Shown here: positions 1 to 12,932 of the stretch, piece after piece
How positions within the stretch are numbered: the stretch's first letter is position 1
How the letters are laid out: each line of letters begins with the position of its first letter
Assembly: GCA_051313645.2 (NCBI GenBank)
Contig: JBNRSN020000007.1
Coordinates: 257,548,001 to 257,612,000, forward strand
Reading direction: 5' to 3'
DNA from: Centroscyllium fabricii
Lineage: Eukaryota
DNA: 64,000 nucleotides
Program-made: the position numbers and the translations under genes
The notes under the pieces: generated by a model
The model's input: only the letters and a program-made list of their open reading frames with translations
The model's database searches: none
What the model was told of the DNA's origin: nothing

Positions 1-516
1 GAGCCTGTATTGGGCGCCTGGAGGAGAGCTAGGCCCCAGGCCTTGGTCCGGAGTTCGGAGCTCGGGGGAGCCGGGTTTGGGCACCTGGAGGAGAGCCAGG
101 CTAGGCCCCAGGCCTTGGTCCAGAGTTCGGAGCTCGGGGAAGTCGGAATGACGCTTGGACAAAGGTTAGGCCCCAGACCTCAGGACGCTGCACCCGGAGT
201 TCGGAGCTCTGTGGATTCGGGGGAGCCGGCATGGTGTTGGGCAGAAATGGAGTCAAGTGAAGAGAAACCATGGAAGAAACAGCGGCAGAGCAAGTTAACC
301 GAGCGGTAGAGGACAATTAACATCGAACTGAGTAGCCAGAGCAGGAACGGGACTCACAATGATGGCGCTGGAGAATGGCTGACGTCTTGTGGGCTCGTGC
401 GTGCCGGGCAGCTTAATGTCCTTGCTGCGCGGTTGTTGCGCGATGCGTTCGGGTAGCAGTAAGTTTTCACTGCCGAAATTGTATTTAGTACATGTGACAA
501 TAAACTTGAACTTGAA
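1..516 (+). mobile_element. Non-autonomous non-LTR retroposon (GC-rich, non-coding), 3' part; same family as 61417-62032
   Basis: Ends in GTGACAATAAA(CTTGAA)2 LINE-type tail; internal GAGTTCGGAGCTCGGGG and CTAGGCCCCAGG repeats; reverse-complement similarity to 61417-62032. Confidence 0.75.
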
Positions 517-565
517 GGAATAAGCCATATTCAGAAAAACCATTCTGTGAAAGAATTCTGGCCTT

Positions 566-2348
566 TGTAACATGACAAATTGGGCTTAACAATGGAAAAG
601 CTGTGAACAGCGTTCAGACTATTGAGATAAGATAAGTTGTTGACACTGAATCAGTAACCTTGTTGAAACAGAAGGTTAAAGGTTCCTGAAGTCTGCAGCT
701 TTGGAAAGAACACAATGGTACAGCCTGTTAAGGTGTCTTCAACCAACACTTTGGAAAGAAACACAGAAAATTAAACATATGCCTTCGTAAAAATGACATC
801 AAATGAAACATGGGAGACACAAGTCTGTGTTACAACCAGCCGAGGTAACTAAGAAGACAATGTTGCACCCAGTTGAGGTGTTTTTAATTTACAAGTCATA
901 AAAAGACACAAACAGAAGAGTTTGGTAAGAATTACATCAAATAGATAAACCTGCTCCACACCGTTTTTTATGATAAGCTTTGAACACCAAAGGTAGAGAC
1001 ACAATTCTTAATGCTACCAGCTGAGCTGACTGTAAGAATAGCAGGGGTCAGCAGAAAACTAACTAGTGATAATTAGCCTACATCAGCAGAAAACATCAAA
1101 GGAAATACCACTGCAAAAGGGTATAAAAATTGAACTTTCAAATGGGCTGATAGACTCGCTTGAAGGGGCAAAGCGATTCTTGGCTTCAGAGCTAGCTCTG
1201 TAAGACTTCAACTCTTTGTATCTCGGGGATCAAGGTATTGTATTTGATTTTGGTGGATATCCTGGAATAAACTAAGAACTGTAAAACTAGCAAAGTTAAG
1301 ATTTGAGAATAAGGATCTCTGATAATAGAATTGTAAGCATTTTGTATTTGGAACTGTTAATGTTGCGATTGAAACAACTTTTGTAAATACATGTTGTTCT
1401 TTAATAAATCTATATATTTTTAGAATTGTCTCACATAATACTTCTGTATCAAACTCACAAACTATGGGGGGATTTTCGCAAAGGTATGGGAAGCTGGCGG
1501 GTTTTGGTGTGTCAGTTTTCTGACATGAATATTTGAGAGCCTGGGAACCCCACGCAATTTTGGCTTAATTGACCAATTAATTGCCTGCGTGTGGGAAGCC
1601 CCTGCCAATACACAATTTCCAGTCAGAAAGTAATGGCCTGCAGGTGACAGCTGGAGGTTTGATTGGCAGTTCCAGGGACTGTGTGTTGTTAGTTTCTATG
1701 GAAACAGTCCACTGTGACATCACAATGGCGTGCAACCAATCTCAAAGCCCAAGTGGGCTGAGTGACAGGTCCAAGGACATGTTGCAAAGCTTTCACAGTG
1801 AGGGGCCATCTCTCTATGAAGCATTGCAGCACCTGTCAAGGTAAGTCTTTTCAATGTTTTCTCCACAGCTTGTCTTCACCCAAGGGAGTCACTTATACCT
1901 CCAGGGTGTTGAAGGCCTGGAAGCCATTCTGCTGTAGGTCCTTCAATGCCTTGAAGGTGAAAGTGACCAAGCCGACTAAGATCCTGCTAGCTTTCACCGG
2001 CGGGGTTTCAGGATGGCGGGGAATGGGTGGGAAGGGCTTATAAATCGCAAGGGGCCCTTTAAATAGGATTACCCATGGCAATTAAGGGCCCCTAACGATC
2101 AACCCTGCCGGTGGCGGGTGGGAAAGATTTGGGTCAGCTGGACACGCCGCCCGAAAACCGCAAAGCAGCGGGGATCCAGCGGGAGGGGTCGGGATTCCCC
2201 CCTTTTGGGATTTTAGGCTCCGCCCCATCGGAAACACACCCTCATGGCCTGAGGAAAATCCCCCCCAATATCTCTGTGAGCTCTTTGGTGAGGAGTTGCA
2301 GAATTCTGAGGGAGTTTTCTAGACCCCCATAATATTCAGAACGTTACA
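566..2348 (+). mobile_element. Possible ERV-type solo LTR interrupted by a MITE
   Basis: TGTAAC...GTTACA inverted termini, GGGTATAAAA TATA at ~1119, AATAAA at ~1266 and ~1403; no clean TSD, right end uncertain. Confidence 0.35.
1466..2266. mobile_element. PIF/Harbinger-type MITE (GGGGG-ATTTTC TIR family)
   Basis: GGGGGGATTTTC...GAAAATCCCCCCC terminal inverted repeats; internal similarity to 25105-25939 and 34706-35459. Confidence 0.8.
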
Positions 2349-2544
2349 GTCTAGCTAAACTTAATAAAAGTTCTATCTGGAGGACGGTGACATCTTCAGG
2401 TTGTTCCTTTCCTTCAGTGAGAGATAGTTCGGACCTTTAGACCCAATTAAGCGTCTTTAGGATTCGGCTACCTCAAACTTTAGTTGAAAGTGAACGTCTG
2501 AGGAAATATGCCTGATCCGGGGTAGCTCTAAAGAGGCTAGGTCT

Positions 2545-2835
2545 AGTAATTAACCCTTCAGTATATTCTATATTTCCATAAGGTCCCTTTTCATTTACCT
2601 CCTTTCATGGTTGCAGATTCTGGGTTTTTCAAATATTTTCTCATAAACTCAGTCATCTGATATCACAGACCAGCCTTATCGATTTCCTCTGCACCACTTT
2701 CGGGGCTTGTACACTTCCCTTGTTCCTTCCGCAAAGTTCAATATAAAGCTTGACCAGAGCATTATACAGCTTCAGCATGATGCCCTCAGATTGGTACACT
2801 ATTGATCTGTCAATACAGCTAAGTATTTTGTTTGC
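2545..2835 (-). mobile_element. Old, decayed CR1 LINE ORF2 fragment
   Basis: Translation KANKILSCIDRSIVYQSEGIMLKLYNALVK...VVQRKSIRLV matches the CR1 RT C-terminal region. Confidence 0.75.
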
Positions 2836-2857
2836 TTTATTTATTACTTCTCTGCAA

Positions 2858-3497
2858 GAAACATAGATACATAGAAGATAGGAGCAGGAGTCGGCTATTC
2901 GGCCCATCGAGCCTGCTCTGCCATTCAGTGAGATCATGGCTGATCATCCAAACTCAGTACCCTGTCCCTGCCTTCTCCCCGTATCCCTTGATCCCTCTAG
3001 CCTTAAGAAATACATCCAGCTCCTTCTTGAATATATTCAATGAACTGGCCTCCACCGCCCTCTGTGGTAGAGAATTCCACAGGTTCACCACTCTCTGGGT
3101 GAAGAAATTCCTCCTCATCTCTGTCCTAAATGAGTTACCCCTTATCCTTAGACTATGACCCTTGGTTCTGGACTCTCCGACCATCGGGAACATTCTTCCT
3201 GCATCAAGTTTGTCCAGACCAGTTAGAATTTTATACGTTTCGATGAGATCCCCTCTCAATCTTCTAAACTCCAGAGAGTACAAACCCAGTCTACCCAGTC
3301 TCTCCTCATACGTCAATCCTGCCATCCCAGGTATCAGCCTGGTGAATCTCCTCTGCACTCCCTCCATGGCAAGAACGTCCTTCCTTAGATAAGGAGACCA
3401 AAACTGAACACAGTACTCAAGGTGTGGTCTCACCAAGGCCCTGTACAACTGCAGCAAGATCTCCCTGCTCCTGTACTCGAACCCTTTCGCTATGAAG
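2858..3497 (-). mobile_element. CR1 LINE 3' end (5'-truncated)
   Basis: LYRALVRPHLEYCVQFWSP...RRNFFTQRVVNLWNSLP; typical 3' UTR and (CTATGT)-type tail. Confidence 0.92.
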
Positions 3498-3532
3498 GTA
3501 GGTGAAGAACGGGATATATTCAGTATTAAACA

Positions 3533-3992
3533 TACAAACATAAGAACTAAGAGCAGGAGTCGGCCATACGGCCCCTCGAGCCTGCTCCGCCATTCAATAA
3601 GATCATGGCTGATCTTCGGCCTCAACTCCACTTTCCTGCCATAGCCCCATATCCCTTGATTGCCTTAGTCCCCAAAAATCTATTGATCGCAGCCTCAACG
3701 ACGCAGCATTCACAGCCCTTTGGGGTAGAGAATTCCAAAGATTCACAACCCTCCAAGTGAAGCAATTTCTCCTCGCCTCAGTCCTAAATGGCCGACTCCT
3801 TAGACTGTGACCCCTAGTTCTAGATTCTCCAGCCAGGGGAAACAGCCCCTTAACATCTACCCTGTCAAGCCCTTTAGGAGTTTTATACATTTCAATGAGA
3901 TCGCCTCTCATTCTTCTAAACTCCAGGGAATATAGGGATATTCTACTCAATCTTTCCTCATAGGACAGCACTCTCATCCCAGGAATCAATCT
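3533..3992 (-). mobile_element. CR1 LINE 3' end (second subfamily)
   Basis: RLIPGMRVLSYEERLSRISLYSLEFRRMRGDLIE; CR1 3' UTR. Confidence 0.9.
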
Positions 3993-4279
3993 AGTTGTGT
4001 CTACTGTCACTCCCACATTTCTTTAAGCCTTTCCTCTGGTCTGGTCATTTTGACACCATCAAAAGTAGAGTATTTCTTGACAGAAATTATGCGCTCTAGT
4101 CTGGTGTTATTATGCTAGCTGTTAAGTTTCTATTAAGCCTTATTTCCATAGACTTCAATGGAAAAGAAAAGTGGGTGTTGAATGCGATCAACCCATTTTG
4201 CACTACTGGCTTTGACCAATTTCACCTCCATCGATTCTACCGAGAGAATTTAACATCTAGCTAAATCAAATGTTTGTAC

Positions 4280-4537
4280 CTGGTCTATCGGATACAATTT
4301 TGAATAGTTTGTTGTGGTCTCCCTAGCAACAGGGTTCAAGGAATCTTGCACACAATTTTCAAATGTATACAGACTTCATGATTGGTTCAGTTTGTATTTG
4401 TCTATCAGCTCCATTTTAAATTTGAGTGATACAATATTCAAAATCCAAGATGTTCGAGTAACCCTTTTCCAGGATATAAAAGAGATAATTTTGTTCCAAT
4501 AATGAGCAATTGGAGTTGCAATTGGAGTTGGGAGATT
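4280..4537 (-). pseudogene. Exon A of an unidentified host gene (one in-frame TGA at 4378-4376)
   Basis: Acceptor TTTCTTTTTCCTAG, donor CAG|GTACAA, 258 nt, phase 0-0; NLPTPIATPIAHYWNKIISF...NQS*SLYTFENCVQ...PIDQ. Confidence 0.55.
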
Positions 4538-4753
4538 CTAGGAAAAAGAAATTTAATGGAAAAACTTCGAGTAGCCAAGAAGCTGTTTAAAAACTATAGA
4601 TGTGACATATTCCTAAAGGATAAGAAAAATACTGTTTGCATTTAAAAATAATTTTAAAAGATTAGATAAGTTCTTAGAGTTCCAATCTTATTATTTTATC
4701 TACTTAAGGAGTTGGTTTAAGTATGGTTTATAGTAATTAATTATTATTTCAAT

Positions 4754-5513
4754 GGCCTAGAATTTGCAGTTGTAGTGACAACGAAACTGTTAGCACTCGC
4801 CGTCATTACTGTGTAAAATTGACAGCAACTTCTGGCATCCACACATGCGCAGTTAAATGCTGAAATCCAGAAGCTGCTGTCAGCGATACCCTGCTCCTCC
4901 ACAGGGTGAACTGTTGCGGTCGTCGCAGATATAATCAACACAGAATCTGTGATCGGATGTGAACTTCAGCTTTTTACGCACTGTACAAAACAATGAAAAT
5001 GTTAAGCCTTGTTCAATCAGGGCTAACTGAGTATTAAATGACATACTAAGTCATGATTACTGCTGAACAGCCTCCCTGGCCCTCAAAAACTAATTTTACA
5101 AGTTTGGAGTCTCATTCTCTCTGAACTTTTAAAAATTGCATGATTTTTAAAATAATAAAAGTAATTTGTTTTTAAGTTTGTTTATGAGATTTAATCTTCT
5201 CCCTTAATTTCATGTGTATGACCCAATCTTTATTTTGCTTTCTGTACAAAGATTAAAATGTGAATTATAATCCCTGCTTTTGACATCCTGCTTTGCTGTC
5301 TGTGAGTATTCTTCAATCGGACTAGCTGCTCAGCCTGCCTGCTGCCTGCCTTGTTGCTGGAAGCCACAGATCCCCAATAAATGGCAGAAAATTCAAAGTG
5401 ACATCGGAATAGAGGAAACCTGCACTTTAGAGCCCATTAAATCTTTGTGGGCAGCTTTTTTCGAGGTCAGCGGCGAGTGTTGTCCCTTCGCCACTGACCG
5501 AAAAATCCAGGCC
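4754..5513. mobile_element. Harbinger-type MITE (GGCC TIR family)
   Basis: GGCCTAGAATTT...AAAATCCAGGCC TIRs; AAT/ATT flanks. Confidence 0.65.
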
Positions 5514-5849
5514 ATTATTTCCACACTAAATTTATTTTACGTTTTAAATATGAGGTTTATTGTGATATTCTTTCACATGCGAAGATTGAAGTAGTATAAG
5601 GTGGTATAAGATAGTTGAGTACCTACTAGTGACTATCAAACATGCTTTGCTGTTCATTTCCCGGGCACATTACCGAAAGCTTAGCTGGATCACAAGGCAA
5701 AAATAGACACGCTTTTGTAAGTTTGTGTGGTAGTGACTCACCCATAAGAATGATCTGCAATGTGAACCACAATAATCTATAAGCTTTAAGAACAGCCAAA
5801 AATGTAACATTTTGCCTTAATCCATAATTAATTTAATTTGACATAGTCC

Positions 5850-7470
5850 ACAAGTATTGGGAACAGATTGTTGAGGAGATCAATGGCATGAGTTTAGCAC
5901 CCAGGACATGTCTGCAATGCTGGAAAAGTTTTACTGAGCTGATCAGTGTTGTCAAGTTAAGAATCTTAGCCCTCACATCAATTATACTCGTCTCACACCT
6001 GCAGCCACATCATTCGCAGCTCAGACTTCTGCCACCTTGGCTCTGGGGCTAGCGTTGGCAGGAAAGTCCAAAGCATCATATCACTTCTGTATTATGTTCT
6101 TGCACAGGGCTGTAGGAGTGCCGAGTCTCAGAAAAGTAGACTTGACTCCACAGGAAAGGCACCTGCTGTCCTTGCTCAGGGAGTGTTGTGCCCCTGCCAC
6201 CCGCTCCATCAGTGCCCTTGTTAGTGCCACACAGCCAGCTGGGCCAGACTGCCTCAGCCCACATGAAGATGTTACAGTCTGCAGCTTGGCCCTCAAGGCC
6301 CAGAGCTGTTTGAGGTTGCCCACCACAGCCATGTAAAGTGTCCTCTATGGAAACTCAGCAGCCTTCCACCTCCCAATATTTGTCCAGGCCAATATTTATC
6401 CCTCAATCAACGTAACAAAAACAAACAGATTATCTGGTCATTATTACATTGTTGTGTGTGGGAGCTTGCTGTGCGTAAATTGGCTGCTGCGTTTCCCACA
6501 TTACTACAGTGACTACACTTCAAATTGGCTTAACTGGCTGTAAAGCACTTTGAGATGTCCGGTGGTCTTGAAAGGCGCTATATAAATGCTAGTCTTTCTT
6601 TTCTTTCTTTCCCCAAACCATAGCCATTGTGTATATACTTCGTAGGAGCACCAGAATAGGTAAACAAGCACACAATACTGGCGCTAAGGGGTTGCACAAG
6701 AGTGATTCTTAATTATTACTGTTAACGATAATACACATATAGAATAGTTGGTTTTTGAGTAATTTGTTTCTGGATTTGGTGTTGGTGTTAATATTTGTGA
6801 GGGCAAGACCTATAAGGCTGGACTGAAGTGAGGCAGTTGGGTGGTGATAGCAAGGACAGTGGTAATAAGGATTGTGGGACTGCTGGTGTATTGGAGATGG
6901 GAGGGTTGGTTCACGTGAAATGCTCATGGATGGATTTCTCTCTGAGACATCTGATAGCTAGAGGCACTTCCTCGCCTTCATGCTGCTCTACGTCCTCTTG
7001 CTTCTCCACCTCTTGCTGTCCAGGTGGTGGTAAGGGCTGGTCCCTCATTACAACAAAGCAAGAATTCATGCATGCTTTAATTGGTATGCAGCATGCAGCA
7101 CACAACCACAGATCTGTGGGAAAAATCAGCAACTAACCTGTACATAGTGGACAAGTCCTTTAAATAGTGCTTCTGCAGGATCTTTGCTGCCTGTTAATGC
7201 CATGATTTTCTGGGAGAGTGTATCACTTGCCAAGTCAGGTGCAAGGGCAAACAAATTTCACAAATGTGTCCTACAACAAGCATAGGTTCCTTATCTAATT
7301 ATAATGAGGATATTAAATGCGTCCAGTGCATTGAGCAGCTAAAACCAATATGGCAGACAGCGCACTTCTGGCACAGAATGAGAATGTGCGCGTTCCCACC
7401 ATATTGGATCCTTAGGCACCCATTTTGTGTCTGTAAATCAGGTGCAGCACGATTGACTGTTTTTCAATGC
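5850..7470. mobile_element. Decayed Harbinger transposon remnants (Myb/SANT ORF on +, transposase C-terminus on -)
   Basis: + ~5851-5955 KYWEQIVEEINGMSLAPRTCLQCWKSFTELISVVK (Myb/SANT-like); - 6911-7060 MRDQPLPPPG-acidic run-LREKSIHEHF, like the HARBI1-family C-terminus. Confidence 0.6.
6372..6611 (+). mobile_element. Deu-domain SINE 3' part
   Basis: ...GGGAGCTTGCTGTGCGTAAATTGGCTGC...GAAAGGCGCTATATAAATGC-(TCTT)n tail. Confidence 0.8.
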
Positions 7471-7619
7471 CTCAGTGTCACATTCTATGCACCCCAAGCA
7501 TAGTTACATTTTGGGTGACAGTTTTATTTATCCTTGGTTTCAAAGAGAAAAGAGGGCAAGATATATAGAGAAATAAAATGGTTCTGGTGAATAATCCTTT
7601 TTTCCACACAATGGATTAC

Positions 7620-7762
7620 CTCCAAAATGGATTTTTCCCAGTAGCAAAATGGTAACTTTATCTTCACCGAAGACAGTGGTTCAAGTATCTCCAGTCCACA
7701 CTCCCAAGGTCCCACATTATATTCATAATATGGTTAACTAGCAGGCCTAGTGTTCCACCAAA
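7620..7762 (-). pseudogene. Exon B of the host gene (in-frame TAA at 7736-7734)
   Basis: Acceptor TTTAGTTTTAATAG, donor GAG|GTAATC, 143 nt, phase 1-0; WWNTRPAS*PYYEYNVGPWECGLEILEPL...EKSILE. Confidence 0.55.
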
Positions 7763-7850
7763 CTATTAAAACTAAATGCACAACGGGAAGTGTCTCTACC
7801 TAGTTTTTGGAATTCTCAGATAATGCTGCACAAGGAGCTCTGAGAATAAT

Positions 7851-8623
7851 GAGTCAGAACTTCGGGTCCCCACGGACAAGTACGTGCTGGGTACTCACGC
7901 GTAGGCCCAACGAAAGTGCCGGTTTCGTGCATGCACTGCGCATGCGCAGGAAACCGGAACTTCCGTTCCCTTAAAGGGGTTCACAGGTCGAACACGTGTG
8001 CCGGAGAGGTAGCGCGTACGCCTGGAGCTTCCGGTTTTTTTTGTTGTTTTTTTTTTTTATACAGGTTTCTCCGGGAGGGTAAGTCTCCAGGAGCTATGCT
8101 TATAAAAAGCAGTCGCAAGGCCTGCTTTTAACAAGGTAAGTGGTGAATTAAGTAAAATTAAAACATTTTTTCCACAAGTTTATTATTTTTAAATGCTTTA
8201 AAGAAAGTTAAGTTTATTTTTAGCCCTGTTAGAAACTGTGTAATTTTTTCAAAAATTTAAATTATTGTTAAAAAGTTATTTTATGTAATTTATAGTTATT
8301 TTAAAAATGTGATTTAAAAAAATGTATTTGAAGTTTTAGTTATGTTTTGGGGCTGAACTCTAATTCATAGATTTGACAAGTCTTCCCGTCAAATCTATGA
8401 ATACAGATTCCCAGCTACCATTGGCTCTCCATGGCCCACGTGATCCCAGGGGACGCATCAAACTAACTGCACCTTTGGGATACGCAAGCACTGCGCGCCG
8501 GCAGTTGGAGCAGGCCCAGGATTGGAATCCCACGCAGGTCCACAGCACAACGGCCGGCGCGCAAGGTAAGTGCAGGTCGGAGGCTTGCACCCGCGGGAAG
8601 CCTCCGACCTGAATTTCTGGGCC
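7851..8623. mobile_element. Harbinger-type MITE, family B (also 22708-23478, 37517-38275)
   Basis: Right TIR GAATTTCTGGGCC, degenerate left TIR; colinear with two other copies. Confidence 0.8.
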
Positions 8624-8639
8624 ATTCTCAGTTAAGTTT

Positions 8640-8790
8640 AGAAGCAGAAAAGATAGGAGCAGGAGTAGGCAATTCGGCCCCTCGAGCCTGCTCCGCCATT
8701 TAATGAGATCATGGCTGATCATCCAAATTCAGTACCCTGTCCCTGCTTTCTCCCCATATCCCATAGAAACATAGAAGGTAGGAGCAGGAA
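8640..8790 (-). mobile_element. Short CR1 3'-end fragments
   Basis: GGAGCAGGAGTAGGC...GAGATCATGGCTGATCATCC 3' UTR motif; CATAGAAACATAGAAG tail. Confidence 0.75.
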
Positions 8791-8954
8791 TATGAGTTTT
8801 TTGCATAGTACACATGAACCATATGTAAATAGCAAATAACATGGATATCTTTTTAGAAATCATTTATTTTTGTTATGTAGGATACTTCAAGCAAGAATTT
8901 ATGCATGCTTTAATTGGTAATTTGATCATTTGTTCATCCATTAGTGTCACTCAC

Positions 8955-9293
8955 CAAAGAAAGGAAATCCTGAACAGAATTTGGGTTTAACCAACTGCCA
9001 AAGGCAAGAGAATAAAGATGAATGCAGAGCCATGTGCTCTAACTCTGGGGAGACGAAAGATAAAATGATCTCCATGCCAAATTCAATTTCCTTAGAGTGT
9101 GCCAAACTAAATCTCAGCAGCACTGATTTGAGATTTACCAAAATGTCCTTTGTTGCCCTATTTAAGGCACCTTGACAGATACTGGCAGGGATTTCTTTTA
9201 ACTGATATCCAAAATCAGTGCATATTAACTGTCCGAACAGCTGTTGCTTAAAGATGATGTACCCACTTCTGCTTGTGAGATGCAAAAGTTGGC
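8955..9293 (-). pseudogene. Exon C of the host gene (open frame)
   Basis: Acceptor TTGCTGTTCAG, donor G|GTGAGT, 339 nt, phase 1-1, 112 open codons QLLHLTSRSGYIIFKQQLFG...CSGFPFF. Confidence 0.65.
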
Positions 9294-9470
9294 CTGAACA
9301 GCAATGTGATTGTGTCTTGTCCGTGTGAGAGTGGAATTACCTATCTATCCATTGAAGAAAATTTCTATAATACACATTTCACTCTGATCTCACCTCAGCT
9401 CAATTAAGAGTTAGAAAAAGAAATATATGTATGTGCTGTTACACAAATTTGCCATAGCAGAGACTCCAAT

Positions 9471-12400
9471 GGGCTGCGATTTTATTAATGGAGGCGGGTT
9501 TGATGTTTGGTGGGTTCTGGTCCTGCCTCCGCTTTCAGCTGTCCAGAAACTACAATTTTGCCCAAAGTGGCCCAATTAATGCCATTCGGCCCCTCGAGCC
9601 TGCTCCGCCATTCAATGAGATCATGGCTGATCATCCAAACTCAGTACCCTTTTCCTGCCTTCTCCCCATATCGCTTTAGCCTTAAGAAATATATCTAACC
9701 CCTTCTTGCATATATTTAATGAATTGGCCTCTATGCCCTTCTATGGTAGAGAATTCCACGGGTTCACCACTCTCTGGGTGAAGAAGTTCCTCCTCATCTC
9801 TGTCCTAAATGGCTTACCCCCTTATCCTTAGACTGCGACCCCTGGTCCTGGACTCCCCCACCATCGGGAAGATCCTTTCTGCATCTAGTCTGTCTAGCCC
9901 TTTTAGAATTTTATAAGTTTCAATGAGATCCCCTCTCATTCTTCTAAACTCCAGCAAGTATAAGCCCAAGTGACCCAATCTCTCCTCATATGTCATTCCT
10001 GCCATCCCAGGTATCAACCTGGTGAATCTTCGCTGCACTCCCTCCATGGCAAGAACATCCTTCCTCAGATAAGGTGACCAAAACTGCACACAATACTCAA
10101 GATGTGGTCTCACCAAGGCCCTGTACAACTGCAGCAAAACATCCTTGCTCCTGTACTCGAATCCTCTTGCTGCGAAGGCCAACATACCATTTGCCTTCTT
10201 AACCGCCTGCTGCACCTGTATGCTTACCTTCAGTGACTGACGCACAAGGACACGCAGATCCCGTTGCACTTCCCCTTCTCCCAATCTATTGCCATTCAGA
10301 TAATAATTTGCCTTCCTGTTTTTGACACCAAAGTGGATAACCTTGCATTTATCCACGTTATATTGCATCTGCCATGCTTCTGCCCAATCACCTAACCTGT
10401 CCAAATCATACTGGAGTTTCTCAGCATCCTCCTCACAGCACACACGCCCATCAAGTTTTGTGTCATCTGAAAACTTGGAGATATTACATCTAGTTCCCTC
10501 GTCTAGATCATTAATATATATTGTGAATAGCTGGGGTCCAAGGACCGATCCCTGCGGTACCCCACCGTCACTGCCTGCCACTCAGAAAAAGACCCGTTTA
10601 TTCCAACTCTTTGCTTTCTGTCTGCTAGCCAGTTTTCTATCCAAGTCAATACCTTGCCCCCAATCCCATATGCCTTAACTTTTCATGCTAATCTCTTATG
10701 CTGAACCTTATTGAACGCCTTTTGAAAGTCCAAAAGCACCACATCTACTAGATCTCTCTTCTCTATTTTACCAGTTATATCCTCAAAAAATTCCAGTAGA
10801 TTAGTCAAGCACGACTTACCCTTTGTAAATCTATGATGACTTTGTCCGATCCGTTCACTGTTTTCCAAGTGCTGTGCTATTACATCTTTTATAATGGACT
10901 CTAGCATTTTCCCCACTTCTGATGTCAGGCTTACCGGTCTATAATTCCTCGTTTTCTCTCTACCACCTTTTTTGAATAGTGGGGTAGCATCAGCTACCCT
11001 CCAATCCATGGGTACTGTTCCAGAGTCTATTGAATTTTAGAAGATGTCCAGCAATGCATCTACTATTTCTACGGCCACTTCCTTAAGTACCCTAGGATGT
11101 AGATTATCAGGCCCTGGGGATTTATCGGCCTCCAATCCCATCAATTTCTCGAACACCATTTCCCTTCAAATACTGATTTCATTCAGTTCCTCACTTTCAT
11201 TAGACCCTATGTTCCCCGACATCTCTGGGAGGGTATTTGTGTCCTCCTTTGTGAAGGCAGAACTGAAGTATGTATTTAATTGTTCTGCCATTTCTTTGTT
11301 CCCCATTATAAGTTCCCCTGTTTCTGACTGCAAGGGACCTATGCTTGACTTCACCAATCTTTTTCTCTTCACATATCTATAGAAGCTTTTAGTCAGTTTT
11401 TACGATCCCTGCAAGCTTATGCTCATATGTTATTTTCCCCCTCTTAATTAATCCCTTTGTCCTCCTTTGTTGAATCATAAACTGCTCCCAATCCTCAGGT
11501 TTACTGCTTTTTCTGGCCAATTTATATGTCCTCTCCTTGGATCTTATGCTATCCCTAATTTCCCTTGTTAGCCACGGTTGAGTCACCCTTTTTGTTTTCT
11601 TTTTATGCCAAACTGGGATGAACAAATTCTGCAGTTCAATTGTAATAAACAAATGTGATGGCAAAGATTCAAAGAGTTGGCTTCTGTGTGCCCAGAAATG
11701 GAAGTGTCACAGGTGTCAGGGCACCTTTCATCTGTAATGATGGTTGTGAGAGTGATAGGAACCCTCAGTTTATTGTACATTATGTACGGTGTGTTAAGGT
11801 GGCGGCAGCCACATGCGTTTGCGTCGTAAACTTAAGTGACTTTGGCATCTATTAGTGCATCCTTGCATCACGGCCAGCAATGTCCTCGTGTGCTGGTGGA
11901 ACTAGCACATCCGCCTCCGCAAGGTCTTCCTCCTCCTCTGAGGAGGCTGTGCGCTGAGCCACTTGATCCTCAGGCAGCGGTAAGCCACACTGCTGTGCGA
12001 TGATGTGCAGTGCACAGCAGACCATGATGATTCTGGAGACCCTGGCTGGTGATTACTGTAGGGATCCACCTGATCTGTCGAGGCATCTGAAATCGCATTT
12101 TGAGCAAGCCGATGGTTTGCTTGATGATGGATCTGGTGGAAATGTGGCTTGCATTGAACCTCTCCTCAGCTTTGTTTGATGGCCTCCTCAACGGCGTCAT
12201 TAGCCACGTCTTCAGGGATTAAGCTCTCGTCTCCAAGTAGCCATCTGGAAAGTTGGGTTGGCAGATTGAAGAGCTGAGATACAGTAGACTGCCGCAGGTT
12301 GAACGAGTCATGGCAACTGCCAGGGTACTTTGCGCAAACATGCATAATGTTCTTCCTGTGGTTACACACCAGCTGGATGTTAAGGGACTGGAAGCCCTTG

Positions 12401-12816
12401 CGGTTGACAAATACAGCTGGGTTGTGATGGGGTGCCCTAATGGTCACATGTGTGCAGTCTATGACGCCCTGTATCCTTGGCAAGCCTGCCATATTTGCAA
12501 AGCCAACCGCATGCATGGTTACACTTGCTTCATCCATGGAGAAGTCGATGTAATTGTGTGCCTTTGCAAAGAGGGCATCGGTAACCTGCGTGATGCAAGT
12601 GTGTGCGGCTGACTGGGAGATGCCGCTGATGATCCCTGGAAGGACCCGAAAGCAAACAAATTAAATGCGCTGGTGACTTTGACAGAGCCGGCACTTGGCA
12701 AAGTAGCATGGAGGCGGGTTGACGGTGGGATCGCAACCCACCGTCAATCAAAAAGATTTTAACCTCTGACCTGCCTCCTCCAAACCTGCCCTCTGAGCGC
12801 CTGCAAAATCCAGCCC
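9471..12816 (-). mobile_element. Harbinger DNA transposon with decayed HARBI1-like DDE transposase, interrupted by a CR1
   Basis: GGGCTGCGATTTT...AAAATCCAGCCC ends; frameshifted [16 protein letters not shown]...[14 protein letters not shown]...YPGSCHDS...WLLGD...FNASHISTRSIIKQTIGLLKMRF (11970-12750). Confidence 0.85.
9581..11640 (-). mobile_element. CR1 LINE, ~2 kb of ORF2 (RT) with stops/frameshifts
   Basis: NYRPVSLTS, LDFQKAFNKV, GVPQGSVLGP, KFSDDTKL motifs. Confidence 0.95.
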
Positions 12817-12824
12817 CAAGTATT

Positions 12825-12897
12825 CGTCTTGTTGTATTGTACTAGTACTCTGCAATGACAATAAAACTTGAATTGAATTGAATTGAATTGAATTCAA
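12825..12897 (+). mobile_element. LINE-type 3' tail fragment with (TTGAA)n
   Basis: ATGACAATAAAAC(TTGAA)4, same tail type as 1-516. Confidence 0.55.
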
Positions 12898-12932
12898 TAA
12901 ATTATTTATTTTGCAGTTTCCAAGAATCATAC

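Noticed and set aside
2597-2660. Apparent small minus-strand exon (MTEFMRKYLKNP..., AG/GT bounded)
   Set aside because: It is colinear with the decayed CR1 ORF2 on both sides.
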